A stretch of 64,000 nucleotides of DNA from Amoebidium appalachense (Eukaryota; Protista; Ichthyosporea). The translations under genes and the position numbers were made by a program. Below the pieces are notes generated by a model that was not told the DNA's origin, did not search any database, and saw nothing but the letters and a program-made list of their open reading frames with translations. The DNA is taken from positions 7,685,962 through 7,749,961 of the forward strand of contig CAVNZM010000007.1 of the NCBI GenBank assembly GCA_963693365.1, read 5' to 3'. The stretch's first letter is position 1. The number at the start of each line of letters is the position of its first letter. Shown in pieces: positions 35,584 through 48,769 of the stretch.

Positions 35584-36747
35584 GGTGGGGCAGGGAGGGG
35601 GGATTGGGTACCACAGTTTGCAAAGGGCTGGCTGCAGTAGGGGTTGAATTGTAGTCGCTGGTTAAAGGTGGCATTGGCTGAGACCTGACACCAACCCTGG
35701 GTGGTAGATGAGCTGAACCCACAGAGCTGCACCTGGTTGGGTAAGGAGGGTTGGTGAGATGGTGTGCGGAACGTAACCAATAATAATGTGGACTTTCAGA
35801 TGTTAGTACCATTGTATTGACTTCTTAGAAGGGGTGACACGGTGTACACATGTTGGTGCTGAGGTGGGGCTGTATGCGTGTATGTGCGTGTGTGGTGTGT
35901 GTATGAATGTGCGTGTGTTTCAGGGGCTGGGGGGGGGGGGGGGGGGGGGGGGCGGCCCCGGAGGCCGAGATGAAAGAATGAACCATATATGGATACATAT
36001 GCACACACCTCATTGGCTGCACACGGGCCGAGGCACATGTACTTTGTGTCGCTGACTGCCGGAGGTGGGGATGGAAACTTCTGGGTGCTGCGGCTGCCAC
36101 TGCCACATGGCTCTAGGGTGATGGGTGATTGGTCCCCATTGACTGTTCCAACCAAAACATTATCGGTTAATACAGAGACTAAATCCCTCGTCCCCCCCCC
36201 CCCCCCCCTCTCCACCTACCCCACCCACCCACCCACCCCTTCCCCTCTTTCGCTCCCACCCACACCTCCTCCCCCTGCATCCCCTTCAAACACCCGGGCA
36301 CTAACCCCCTTTTGTTCTCCCGAAGCCCATAATCGACCAGGTTTGAGACTATCAAACACATAAATATGTATACATGTCTCTATTTCTAAGCATCCGCACG
36401 TGTTATGAGCACGTGTTTTGTGCTGGTTTTGGCGACCGCGGCGGGGTTCCGTTCAGTTACGTAATATGAATCCCCGTGAAGATTTTAGTAAATCCGATTG
36501 AAGCACTTATCAGCCGATCGATTCCAGGGTTGGAAACTATGGATCCCGGGCATTCTATTGCGGCCGGCCTTCGAAAATTGGGGGGCCGCTCCATCTAAAA
36601 TTAAAAACCTACACTAAGATCGTCGTGGCGCGTCGTGGCTCGAACGCAACAGACGCTATATAATTTCCAAATCAACGATGCCTATATTTTTGGAACTGAT
36701 GCAAATGTGCATCGGCGAATAAAAAGGGGTTAATGGCTCCACCCATC

Positions 36748-36778
<31 letters not shown>

Positions 36779-37778
36779 TTTCATCCACACAGTGCACAGC
36801 ATATGATTACATGATAAACACCCCACGGTCATCACATCTTTAAACCATCCCTGCCCCAAGCCCATCAACAACACAAAATGTTTAACTACGGTAGTTGCCG
36901 TATACGGGAATTTAAGCAATAAACAATTTTGCAAAACTTTTGCGTGCGTGTGTTTGTCCCACCCCGGGGGGGGGGGGGGGGGGGGGGGGAATATGGCAAG
37001 ATCGGGAGGGGGCATTACCCTGTAGGCATTTCTGAGCTTCCATGTTCAGCCACTGGCCGGTTGGTAAATATATCCACCTATTGGCCTCGGTGTTGCTGCA
37101 CCCCCCTAGACTGACCATCCCGAGGCCATCTGACTGAGCACACACAGAACTGCTGCCGAAGGGGTTTTGCAATACGTATTGGTCGTTGTTGGTGGAGGCT
37201 GTGAGATGAGAATGGAAGTGTTAAGAATGAAATGTAAGTGTTCATATCAAGATGGAAATGCCAAGAGAGCCTATGGGATTAACATGGGAGTGTAAGAGAG
37301 GCTATGTGCCCGGAGTTGTAAGAGAGGCTGTGAGCTGTCGTCATTATAGCAAAAAAAAGAAGGGTGGTGTAGGGGCGGGTGGGCAGGCAGGGGTTTAAAC
37401 AAGGAAAGGGGTGCAAGAGGTGGGGAGGTGTGGACGATCAAGGAGGAGGGGGAGGGGGGAGGGGGGTGGGGGGGAAAGAGATTTTATGATTGATTGAGTG
37501 TGTGTGTATGTGCCTAAGGGTCAGAGAGAAACCGTGTGCTGGTGGTCGTTGGAATGGGTGGACAGGCGAATTGGGGTCAGGAGGGTAGGAAGGAAAGCGG
37601 CTCTGGAATTCGCAATTCCCATTTTTTCAAGGGTACAAAGTGGCGCCCGGGGGGGGGGGGGGGGGGGGGGGGGGAGGGGGAGGGAGGAGGGGGGGAAGGA
37701 GAAGGGGAGAAGCAGGGGGATAGAATGCTAGCCGTGTATGCGTGTGTGATTGTGGCTGTGTGGATGATAGGCGTATGT

Positions 37779-37809
<31 letters not shown>

Positions 37810-38445
37810 GGGGGGGGGAGGGGGGGGGGGGGGGGGAAGGAGGAACGGGGGAACAACTTACAGCACGGTTGCAGAGCGCACGGCTCTGTGACGGTTGCAC
37901 TCCCCTCACAACACGCCAAACCGTCACCGCCCGATTTGGGAACACATTTTGACGTTATGGCCCTCTTCCCGCCCCCGCACGTGGTTGAACATTCCGACAT
38001 GTTGATTGGCTTCCAGACGCCTCTAGATGATTCCAAAGAACAGAACGAGACGGCCCCAAGTTTTGTGTTGTATCGGCGGGTACTGATTGCACCACCGGCA
38101 GAGCACCAATCAAAAATGTCGTTGGTGTTGTCGCGGTATGCGCACAGGTTTGATGACTCCTTGCATTTAGCAAGGCAGGTGAACGGGTACTGCGTGGGGC
38201 ATATGGGCATTGGTGGGCATGTACATGCACACACAAACACATGCACGCACAGACGGACACACACACACACGCGCCCGGTGCCATAGACATCAACCCCCAA
38301 GTCCACCCATCCCCCCCTTTCACATAGTGCTACACTCAGAGGTAAGGAGAGGAGTACCTCTCTCACCCCTGTCTGCAATTCGCCACGGTTTTAACGAGTT
38401 GAGCCCGGCTGTCTCCTCGATTCCCGTAACCTTTCGCACCTTTTT

Positions 38446-38495
<50 letters not shown>

Positions 38496-38631
38496 CCCCA
38501 TTCCCCTGCTCACACGCATACAAGCAAAACATGTGTACACCATACAGCTAACACCACACACGCACACACACATATACACACACGGAGGGGAAAGAGAGAG
38601 AACGTGGGGGGCGAGAGAGAGGGGAGGGAGG

Positions 38632-38662
<31 letters not shown>

Positions 38663-38931
38663 GACAAAGACACACACACCTTAAACCCTGTGGTCTCTCC
38701 CTCCATAAAGTTCTGGTATGCACCCTGCGTGCTGCAGTAGTCTAGGGTGGCCGTGTTTGATTGGCTGTCACCGTAGAGCCGAGGCACTGTGGGCAATGGG
38801 GGCGAGTGGGGATTAATTAACTTTTTAGGTGTAATTGAAGAACTGAAAAGGAGATAGTGGTATGATTCAAGAGATGCAAAAGTAACACGTATCCTGCAAG
38901 TGGAAAAGTGTCTACGTGAGGGACCCCCCCC

Positions 38932-38963
<32 letters not shown>

Positions 38964-41859
38964 AAGGCAGTGACACCTCAAAAAAAACAAACAAAAAAAA
39001 CAAAAAAAAAAAAACACACACAAACTCACACACAGGCACGTGCACACGCAGGTGCATACCGGTCATGCACATCCCACTGGCCACGTTCAGCCACTGAGAC
39101 TCGTATGGCATCCACATCTCCCCATCGGAATATTTGCACTGCTCCATGCCTGCTGCGTCCCCATTGATCGATGCACATTCGCCCTCAGGTGATTGGAGCA
39201 CGTAGAGATCGGTTGGATCCAGCTCTGCAGTGGTATGTAAGGGGGTGGAATTTAGGGACGCGTAGGAGGTGAAGGGAGAAAAGGGGGATCGCTTGGGGAG
39301 GGGGAAAGGGGCGGTGGGGGAGGGGGGAAGGGGGTGGAGATGGGCGGGGAGAGTCATAGAATGTGCACACATGCTATTTAGCTGAATGAGGGACAAATGT
39401 GAGCCGCGACTAGGGAAAAAGTTGGTTGCTTCCTCATGTGTTGAAGTGTGGTGTGGGTGTGGGGGGGGGGGGATTGTAAGGCGGAGTTTTTCTTAGTGGT
39501 AAGGAGTGTGTATGGTAAGGAGTGTGTATGGGTCAGATTAATAGGGGTGAGTGTGAGGGAGGGGCGCGGGAAGGGGGGGAATGGGGGCAGGTTAAACACG
39601 TGTGTGTGTGTGTGTGAATGTATGTGCACGCGTGCTTTTGAGCATGCAAGTGTGTGGGTGGAAAGAAGAGCGCGGGGTTGGTAGCAGATAGTGTTTGTGA
39701 TGGAAGGGAAGGGAACGGTGTTGGGGGGGGGGGGGGGGGGGGGGGGATGTGGTTGTGGTTGTGGTGGTGATAGTGGTGGTGGTGGGGTATGGAGGGAGAG
39801 GGGGTGGGCGAGTTTGTGTGTTGGGGGGGGGGGGGGGGGGGGGGAGGGGGGCCATACGGCATGGCTGAGGGTTACATGTGACGCCAGCAGAGGGTTTATC
39901 CTCATCACTGCAACACACCGATTGAAACCCCCCCTGCATGGGGGCACATTCAAAATTTCTAGTCGCCGAGCCCCCCCACATGTCTTTGTGCACTGGCTCA
40001 CGTTGGTGGGTTTCCATTCGCCGATTGCTTGCGGAAGCGTACAGAAGGAAACGCTTTGGATCTTGGAGTTGAAGAGCGGTTTTGATTCGTCGGCGGACCC
40101 GGCGTTGCACCAATCGGGATTGGTGTCTGGATAGCTGCATGCCTGTGGTTTTGTTGGGGTTAGGTAGTGTGTTTTGTGTGTTTTGAGTGTTTTATGTGTT
40201 TTGTGTTTGTGTATGTGTTGGAGGCGCCGGGGGGTTGGTGGGTGGGTGGGGTGGGGGCGGAGAGGGGGGAGGGGCATTGGGAAGGGTTAGAAGGGTATTG
40301 GGTGCAACGATTGTGGGTGTCAAGATATGTATGTGTGTTTGGGGGAGGGGGGGGGGGGGGGGGGGGGGCGGGGGGTCGGACCCATTAAGTGGGTGTAATT
40401 TCCTTCTCTTTCTCCCCTCCTCCCTTTACCGTCTTCCAACACCATCTTTATGTCCTGGTATGTAGCTATTACAACGCCAGAGTGACGCAAAAAGCCATTG
40501 TGTATGTAGGAACCTCCCTTCCCTGTTCATCTAACGGCTCAGAGGGTAGGGGTGTGTGTGTGGGGGGGGGGGAAGGGGGGGGAATAGGGCAGGAGGAGGG
40601 GGTAGGGGAGGGGAGGGAAGGCTAGTGTATCACAACACTGCGTAATAAGTTGTGGAGGCTCGGTTCCCTCCCCCCCCCCCCCCCCCCCCCCCCCAGCGTC
40701 CACTCTCTCCACCCCCCTCTCTCACCCTCTTCTCTACTCCCGGGTAGAGCCCAACCCATCCTTTGCACAATTTCTTTGTGTGACTACATACCTTGTCAGG
40801 GGTAGTGGGGCACGGGGCCACACACTTGTGAAGTTTGGTGTTGACAAAAGGTTTGGTGGGGCTTGAAAACTGCTGCCACTCAGACTTGGTTCGGCCGCAC
40901 ACATCCAGGGTGAGCGGGGTAGTCACGTTTCCTGGTTGTTGCACTGCGGGGCAAAAAAAAAAAAAAAAAAAAAAAAAATGATAATAAAAAAGTTAGGGAA
41001 TAGGAGAGGTAGTAAAAACAACAAGGAGGTTGGAGGGAGAACAGGGAGGAGCACTAATAAAGAGAGCTAAATATTTATGGTGCTGAGCCTCGAAAAATGT
41101 GGAACTGAGAGAAACACTTCTAATATCTGCGGAACATCCGCCCTAGTACGCTTCAACAACATGTACAGAGAGAGAGAGAGTCAATGGGGAAAAAATGGAC
41201 TTGCGGTAGCAGTACTGATGATTGTGCATTGTGTGGATGCACAGGCGAATGGAAGGATGTGCCTTGTGCCGGGTACAGGCATCGGGCGCGCGTTGTCTTC
41301 GTGTATGTGTGGTGTGTGTGAGTGTGTGGATGTTCATATGTCTTATATACTTCACAACATAATACGCTCCCATGCCCATTTCTGCGCTCGCCCTGAATTA
41401 AACAATCATGGAGATACAAACTTGTTATCACACTAATTTGCACTAACAAAAACCATTTTTAAGTGGTAAAACACATTGAACATGCAGCACCATCATGTCA
41501 TTGACATAAATCACATCAAGCCATACGACAATACCTGTAAGGCAGAGGCCCGTCAGCACATTTGTCCATTTTCCTCCACCGCTTTTCCACAACTGCCCGT
41601 CGTCCCCATTGCAATTGCCCACAGTCACCGATGTGCTGTTTTTATCGGCAGCACCGAGGCACGATGCCATAAACTTATCTGTCAAAACGTAAAAATCACT
41701 AATGTCTCGGCGCGCGGGAGAGATTGTGGGGATTTCTGGCTCTTGCCTCCTGAAAAGTTTGCGAATCCCTCGGCCGCGAACAAATGTTGGTGCCCCAAGG
41801 GAAACAGGGGCTACAAGGGCAACACATGCCACCAGGCATGAAAGGAGCTTTTTGTGCAT
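34217..41859 (-). CDS. Secreted modular protein (~776 aa): three ricin-B-like/Cys-rich repeats, two TSP1 domains, Pro/Thr-rich tail. Exons 41859-41535, 40943-40792, 40142-39858, 39224-39060, 38786-38680, 38189-37862, 37198-37019, ~36142-36009, 35732-35612, 34749-34217
   Basis: Signal peptide MHKKLLSCLVACVALVAPVSLG. Ricin-like CNGDDGQLW...TGLCL, QWLNVASGMCM, QWLNMEAQKCL. TSP1 motifs W..SQCTKTCGG..CNPQPC and W..SECSTTCGGGKR..CALQPC. Phases are consistent if one base is restored in the C7 run at 39971-39977. Confidence 0.8.
35199..35286 (+). repeat. 43-bp tandem duplication in intron
   Basis: ACCAGAGCACTCGTTGGTTTACAATATTGATCCGGGAGGGTGT x2. Confidence 0.85.
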
Positions 41860-42531
41860 TATTAAAATTCAATGCACGGGACCTGTGGATGACTTTTCTT
41901 GGTTTCCGTCTCTGATATACACAGTGAGGCTGCAGCCGCAGAACTGAATGTCACGAAATGACACGGTGAAATGTTGAAAAAGGGCTGACTGAACGATGCA
42001 GAAAGATGAAGTGAACACTGAGAATGGAGAATAAATAGCAAATTAGACATAAGCCCCCTGTGTGGGTGGTCACCGTTTCTGAACTTGCGGCAGTAGCAGT
42101 GCTTTGACCTACATCACTTCCAATCGTTTCCCAGCAAAGAAGCTAACAACGCAAAGCGGAACAACTCTAAGCCTAATCTTTCTCTTCAGTTAGTCGTACT
42201 TGTGAACCTATACGTATATTGTTGTGCTGTGTATAAACCTGTATCGCGCTGACTGCTTCCAAGTACAACGCATGCACGGAGTCGACCAAACCCGACGGTC
42301 TTTCGAAGTGTTAGCACTGAAGCTGTGTATGTTATCGGAGGTAGGTGGCGGGCTACTAGGGGTATTCGAGAGGGCTGAGCGATGTGTTACGCTTCTAATA
42401 GCCTTTCACGGCAAGGTGATCAAAGAAGAGTTATTGTGACTCGTAACTTTGTAAGCTTTGTATGCATATTAGCTTTTGATGATGAACTTCACGTGTGAGA
42501 CTTCATAAAGGCAGGAGAACTTGGAAGATGC

Positions 42532-42739
42532 CCAATCAGGCCTTTCCAGTTGCTAAAAATGTGTATAAATGGCGCGATATGATTGGTTACAAGATTATTC
42601 AGTGTTCCTGGGTAGCCAATCGGAAGATAGTAATAGCGGGCGGTGCATTATGGACCAATCAGCGCGCAGACAGGCAGCGGGTCATTGTTTACATGACCAT
42701 ATAAGGTAAGTCCGCCAAGAAAATAAATTGTCCACCAAT
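42532..42739. promoter_or_regulatory. Cluster of five CCAAT/ATTGG boxes
   Basis: CCAAT or ATTGG at 42532, 42582, 42616, 42655 and 42735, ~0.7 kb upstream of the ricin/TSP1 gene. Confidence 0.45.
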
Positions 42740-43079
42740 CATTGCTGCCCTTTGCTTTCCTTCCTTGGCACGTGCCCCTAGATCTCCCGTTGGACTTGTT
42801 CAACGAGCAGATGGCCACTACCACCTCCTGAGGCGGTGTCTCCTTTCTTTCTTTTTTTTTCTTTTTTTTTTTTTTTTGCCTGAAGTAGATGTATAACGTC
42901 GCACGTGCGGCAACACGTCAGTACGTGTTAGAGTAGATGTATCACCCGACATCTATGTACGTGATCATGATATACCGCTGAGGGGATATTCCGAGCAAAA
43001 ACCCCCCCATACCTGAGACTGGTTGCCTCGAGTAAACAGCGTAAACCCCCTAGATGTATGACGTCGCACGTGCGGCAAC

Positions 43080-43144
43080 CAAGGCCTCCTAAATAGCACA
43101 CCTAAATAGCCTAGCATAGGTGTGCTATTTTGTAGGAGGCCTTG
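43080..43144. mobile_element. 65-bp fold-back MITE (hAT- or P-type ends) with 8-bp TSD GCGGCAAC
   Basis: Left TIR CAAGGCCTCCTAAATAGCACACCTA; reverse complement of right TIR CAAGGCCTCCTACAAAATAGCACACCTA. TSD at 43072-43079 and 43145-43152. An uninterrupted copy of the target lies at 42886-42930. Confidence 0.85.
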
Positions 43145-43780
43145 GCGGCAACACGTCAGTACGTGTTAACGTTAGATGGGGCCATGATCTGCTACTGTAC
43201 CTTTGGAGGTAGCTCCTATTTTTCAAGGCTGGCAAAACTTTCCTTCCGAAGTCGACTAATCACACGCCAACTCATACCCTTGAAAAATAGAGTATAGTTG
43301 GTCATCGGCGGCTGAGGCCACAGTCGCACGTGGCAGGGCCATGATGGGAGCACAACCTTGGTCAGTTGGTGACAGCGCCACGAAGCTATCATTGTATGTG
43401 CCTTGGCAGTGCACCTACTTTTTAAACTTATTAAGTATTCTAAACGTGTAAACGTGTAAACGTGTAGGAATTGTGCCGTGTGATGAAGAGATGTGTGCTA
43501 GCGCTAACCCGGTTAGTGGGCCAATGCATAGGCCTTCCCGCCCCTACGGTGAGGCTGTGAGGGGATTATCGACATGTACAATGCGTCTTACACATATCGC
43601 ACACACATGAACAACACACCAGAGCACCAACGACGCAATTACAACATAAAGCGTGACGCTGACAGAGACGCGCACTAATACAGTAATAATCACAAGCATA
43701 CAGTCAAAAGCGCAACTCACGCACTCACGTGTACACGCACCCACCTACGCACGGACGTACACACACACGGTGCACACATA

Positions 43781-43827
<47 letters not shown>

Positions 43828-43924
43828 TCGACACACGTACACACCTACACACACACACACACGCGCGCGCCCACCCACCCACCCACCCACACACACACCC
43901 ACCCACCCACCCACCCACACACAC

Positions 43925-43991
<67 letters not shown>

Positions 43992-44076
43992 GTGACACAC
44001 ACACATACACACACACACACAAACAACACACACAAACACACACATACAGTCACACACACACACACATACACACACA

Positions 44077-44141
<65 letters not shown>

Positions 44142-45099
44142 GTACACGCACGCACGCACAATAGCCGATAGTAGTAGTCATCGCACAGGCCCATGCACGT
44201 CACTGTGGCAGAGTTTGCTTGCTGCGAGCTAAAATATTCTGCAGTAGCAGAAGTATTTTGCTTGGAGAAGTTATGTTGCTGCCGTGAGTAGAATAATTCT
44301 GCCTTTTGAATAGTAATTTCTGATTTTGCAAAAGCAGAAAGGTCGGTGTTGTGCAGAATTATGCTCGGGCAATTGGATGCCGATGTGTTTGGATTTGTGG
44401 TTAGCCGCCCATCAAACACACACCATTAGAAAAACCAATTAACACAAATTTTATAACATAGCTACCAGATATTTTTACAACATAACCAATGGCACAATCA
44501 ACTTGAACGTGGCAAATGCACCCCCCCTATGATCCAAACTGCACACATAGTTGGAAACGCATGGCCACCACACAGAGCTCGGGTTGTCCTAAATAAATAA
44601 TGGATTCGAACATGTGCACCACGGCCAGCCTCCCCCCTCCTCCCCCCCCCCCTCCCCCCTCCCCCCTCCTCCTCCCCACCCCCCTCCTCCTCAACACCTC
44701 CACCCCCCTTCCCCCCCGACTCTCTCCCCCCCTCCCTGCGCATAATATAAAGTCTGCTAATGGGGCATCTCCTGCCATTATCATGACGCTTACAAGCTTT
44801 TTGTTCACTCGTTCTGCACATGCAGTTAAATGAATGTCACCGGAGTAAATTCGAATTTATTCCATAAAGATCTCCGGTGTTACCAGGAGTCTCAGATATA
44901 ATATACCCTCCTTCCCCCCCCCGGGCCCCCTCCCCCCCCCCCCTCTCCGCCTCCCCCCTCCCCTTCCCCTCCCCCAAAACCATACACCCCCTTCTGCCCC
45001 CCGAAAAATAAGAAGGAATAGAAAAAGAAAAAAGCACATGCCTGCTTGCACACAGACACACACACACACACTCTCTCTTTCTCTCTCTCTCTCTTTCCG

Positions 45100-45138
<39 letters not shown>

Positions 45139-45216
45139 CTCTCTCTCTCTTCCCCCCCTCCCTCTCTCTCTCCCCCTCTTCCTCTCTCTCTCTCTAAAAA
45201 AAAACAAACTTCAGCA

Positions 45217-45265
<49 letters not shown>

Positions 45266-45311
45266 CACACGCACACAATCACACACACACACACGCACAC
45301 ACAGTCACCCA

Positions 45312-45652
45312 CCGCACATACAAACACTCACACAGGGGGCCTACGTGTACACCGTGCTAGAGTCATGCTCGCCTTGCCCAAATGTGTCTGTGTGTGGTGG
45401 TTGTGGTGTTATAGTGCGTGTGTGCGTGCGTTCGTGCTTGCGTGTGTGGGTGTGTGGACGGGTGTGTGCGTGCGTGCGTGCGCACGCGTGCGTGTGCGTG
45501 TGTGCTGGTGTGTGTGTGCGCGGTAATGTGTACAGTATGCACACATGTATGTGCCGCACATACAAACGCTCACATAGGTGGCCTACATCGTGCTAGAGTC
45601 ACATGCTCACATTGCCCAAATGTGTCTGTGTGTGGTGGTTGTGATGTTATAG

Positions 45653-45684
<32 letters not shown>

Positions 45685-45778
45685 TGTGTGTGTGTGTGCA
45701 TGGGTGTGTGCGTGCACGAGTGCGTGCGTGTGTGCGCATGCATGTGTGTGTGCGCTAATGTGTACTGTGTGCACACGG
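45312..45778 (+). repeat. Degenerate ~240-bp tandem duplication
   Basis: Two copies of CCGCACATACAAAC...GGCCTAC...GTGCTAGAGTCA...TTGCCCAAATGTGTCTGTGTGTGGTGGTTGTG...TAATGTGTAC, starting at ~45312 and ~45554. Confidence 0.75.
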
Positions 45779-46051
45779 AAGTGCCACCGGAGAGCTTGGA
45801 GAAGGGGGGGGGGGGGGGGGGGAGGGGGGGGGAAGGTGGGGGGGGGGGGGGGGGGGGGAGGGGGGGGGGAGGGGGATGGGGGGCTGAGCGAAAAAAAAGG
45901 GAAAGATGGTAAGTGGGTATAGAAAAGAAGTGCAAAACGTCCATGGTAGAGCTAGTAGGGGGTAAGGAGCAGGAGAATTATTGGTGGAATGTGTGTGTGT
46001 ATGTCCTGATGGAAGGGAGGGGGAGGAATTGGGAAGGAGAGGGGTGGGGAA

Positions 46052-46082
<31 letters not shown>

Positions 46083-46508
46083 GAGAAGGGGGCGGGGGAG
46101 TGGACTCGGGGACATTTCATGTCTCATGATGATGAAGAGCATGTGTATGTTTTGATTCCGTGTGCGTGGCTTTATTGACCATGCGATCATTGGAACATGC
46201 CTTTTCATGCCATTCACACCATCTGCTTCGTTCATTGCGATATCGCATCAATACAACACTACAGCACTAGTACAAGGCAGCGTCATACACGGCCGACACT
46301 TACTATGTTCTATTATTTGGTGAGACTCTTTAGTTAACGGTTAGTTTCTACATATGTTCTAAATGTTGTTCAGTTGGTTAGCTTGCTCTCTACAAAAAAA
46401 AAAAAAAAAAAAAAAAAAAAGAGTCGTTTAAATCCGGCGTAGCAGCTTCATATCGCGCCGTACCTACAAAACCGGTTAAATGAGCTCGTCCACGAAATTT
46501 CATGCCAT

Positions 46509-46962
46509 TTATACCTTCTTCTCCCCGGTGACGTTATTTGCGGTCTCGAGTGTCACATGGTTATTAATCTCCTCCTCCTCATTTGCAGCCTCGATCGGGG
46601 CGTGGAATTCGTCTTGGAAGAGAGGGTCGGTAAGGCGTGCCTTAGGGATAAGCAGGAATGTAGCAGGAATGCAGGTCAGGGGAATGAAGATATGTGTAAC
46701 AGCAATAAGCCACCCGAGGTTTTCGGTGCCCGTGCATGGGCCGTTGTACTTCATGCTTACGTTGAAAATTACCGCTGCATACACACCGAGATAGCTGGCT
46801 ACTTGGTTGCCGAAGTTGGAGAAGCCGGCAAGTAGAGCGTACAGAGTAGATTCCATACCCTTAGGGCAAAGCTTGGAGATAAGCACAACACCGGGCATGA
46901 AGTTGAGCATACCGACGATCTGTGGGTGGGGAAAAGTATGGGTTAGTTTTGTTGAAAGGGTG

Positions 46963-47011
<49 letters not shown>

Positions 47012-47069
47012 CGTGTGTGCGCGTGTGTGTACGTGTGTGTGTGTGTGTCCCTGTGTGTCCCTGCCGCAC

Positions 47070-47116
<47 letters not shown>

Positions 47117-48625
47117 ATGTGGAAAGTACGGAGCAAAGCTTCTGCAGGTCGTACGTAGAGATGAGTGCGATTAATGTTGTAGTTGGGGACGGGCGAGGGT
47201 GTCAGGGGAAAGAATACACACCGTGGCAATGATGTTGTCGCCCAGCATGTACATCCAGTGGTCAGAAATACCCCACGAGATGTTCCAGCGCTTAACCAGA
47301 ATAATATCGAAGATGGCCGCCGCGCACTGCAGTGCCGTAGTGACCCAGAAGCAGGGGCGGAACTCCCACTCAGACATGATGGCCTGGAAGAGGGTCACAC
47401 CAACAAGACCCATAATGTTGCCAATAGTACCTGACCACGTGATGTAGAATGCCTTGTTAAAGTGGGGAGCATCCTTCATGCAATCCTCAGAGCCAACGAA
47501 GAACACGTCCATGAGGCCGCCAATGCCGAGGTACGCAGCGTGCGTGTAGAACATGTAGGTCATTGCGTTGGCAACGCCGCGAGGCAGGTAGTAGTAGGAT
47601 GCAGCGACAAGAAGAATGGAAGAGAGGAGAGAGTAGAGGAAGATGGGCAGCTGCTTGTGCTGGGTGGGAAGATTCTTGTTGAGCACCAACTTGTTGAGAA
47701 GACCGACAACGGCGGAGCCGACGGCGAGGGCACCCATAATCAGGGCGAGAATGAACACCTTGGTGTGCTTGTTCCACTTGCTCCGCTGGAACCCGCGCAT
47801 GTGCATGGGAAGGGGCAGCTCTCCAAGGTAGTTGAGGGCAACGGGGATGGCGAGCTGAAGGCAGAAGGGGGCACCGGCAAGGAACATACCCTTGATGTAC
47901 CACGGGTTGGAGGTTTCGTCGTATTTGTCAGAGAGGGGACCAACGATCCACACGGCAAGCAGACCACCAACAAAGTATGTGGCCCACACGATGGTGACGA
48001 TGTCGGACGAGGTTTCGGGGTTCTTGACCATCAGCTCGGCATAGCGGCCCTCAACCAGAAGGTCGGAAAGAGCGATTTGGTAGTTGCACAGGAAAAACAA
48101 GATGGCGGAAATGTAGCCGAGCTCGGGGGAAATGGTCCAGAAACCAACGACAATGTAGCAGATGGCACCGAACAGGGCAAACATCAGAAGGTAGTACTTC
48201 TTGAGGTAGCCGCGGATGGGCAGAAGATCAGACATCATACCCATAACAGCCTTCATAGACCAGGGGGTGCGCGCAATGGTGGAGTAGATTTGGTAGTCTG
48301 TTGACTCCAACCCCATAAGGTAGAGGAAGTAGGGCAGCTGTGCAGTGCCGAGAAGCGCATACAGGAAACCCTTGATGCCAAAGTAGGTGGAGCACAGAAG
48401 CAAGACGAATCGCCAACCGAACTGGTCCTGAACACGACGCCAGTACATGCGTGTCAGGTGGTATGGGCGCACAATGCGCTCGCCGATGGTTGGGTTTTCG
48501 GGCACGACATAGTACCAATCAGGGTGGTCGCGTTTGAACTGCTCGAAACGGGCCTTGGACTCGGCAGAAGGGTCTTCCGTGCCGATGGCGTCGGTCGACT
48601 TTGTTGGTCTCAACCCGCCAGGCAT
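46509..48625 (-). CDS. BT1-family folate/biopterin transporter (MFS); exons 48625-47222 and 46919-46509, ~604 aa
   Basis: About 12 hydrophobic helices. BT1 signatures [34 protein letters not shown] and [30 protein letters not shown]. Phase-0 GT-AG intron; strong C/G-ending codon bias. Confidence 0.92.
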
Positions 48626-48769
48626 TCTCTTGTAGATGTGTAATGGAGATTATATGTGCAGTTTTGTGTGTTGGTTAGTGTTGTGATGTGTGCTTGAACC
48701 TTGAATTCGAAGCACGATGCTTAGAAACAGAGGGCAAAGTTGCCGCCTGACTAAAAATGAGCGCGAGAC

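Noticed and set aside
36364-36720. CpG-rich unique segment in a ricin/TSP1 intron (possible tRNA, ncRNA or TE)
   Set aside because: No cloverleaf, A/B boxes, TIRs or TSD could be established by eye.
43216-43290. 13-bp inverted repeat CTATTTTTCAAGG/CCTTGAAAAATAG
   Set aside because: No clear TSD; insufficient to call a second MITE.
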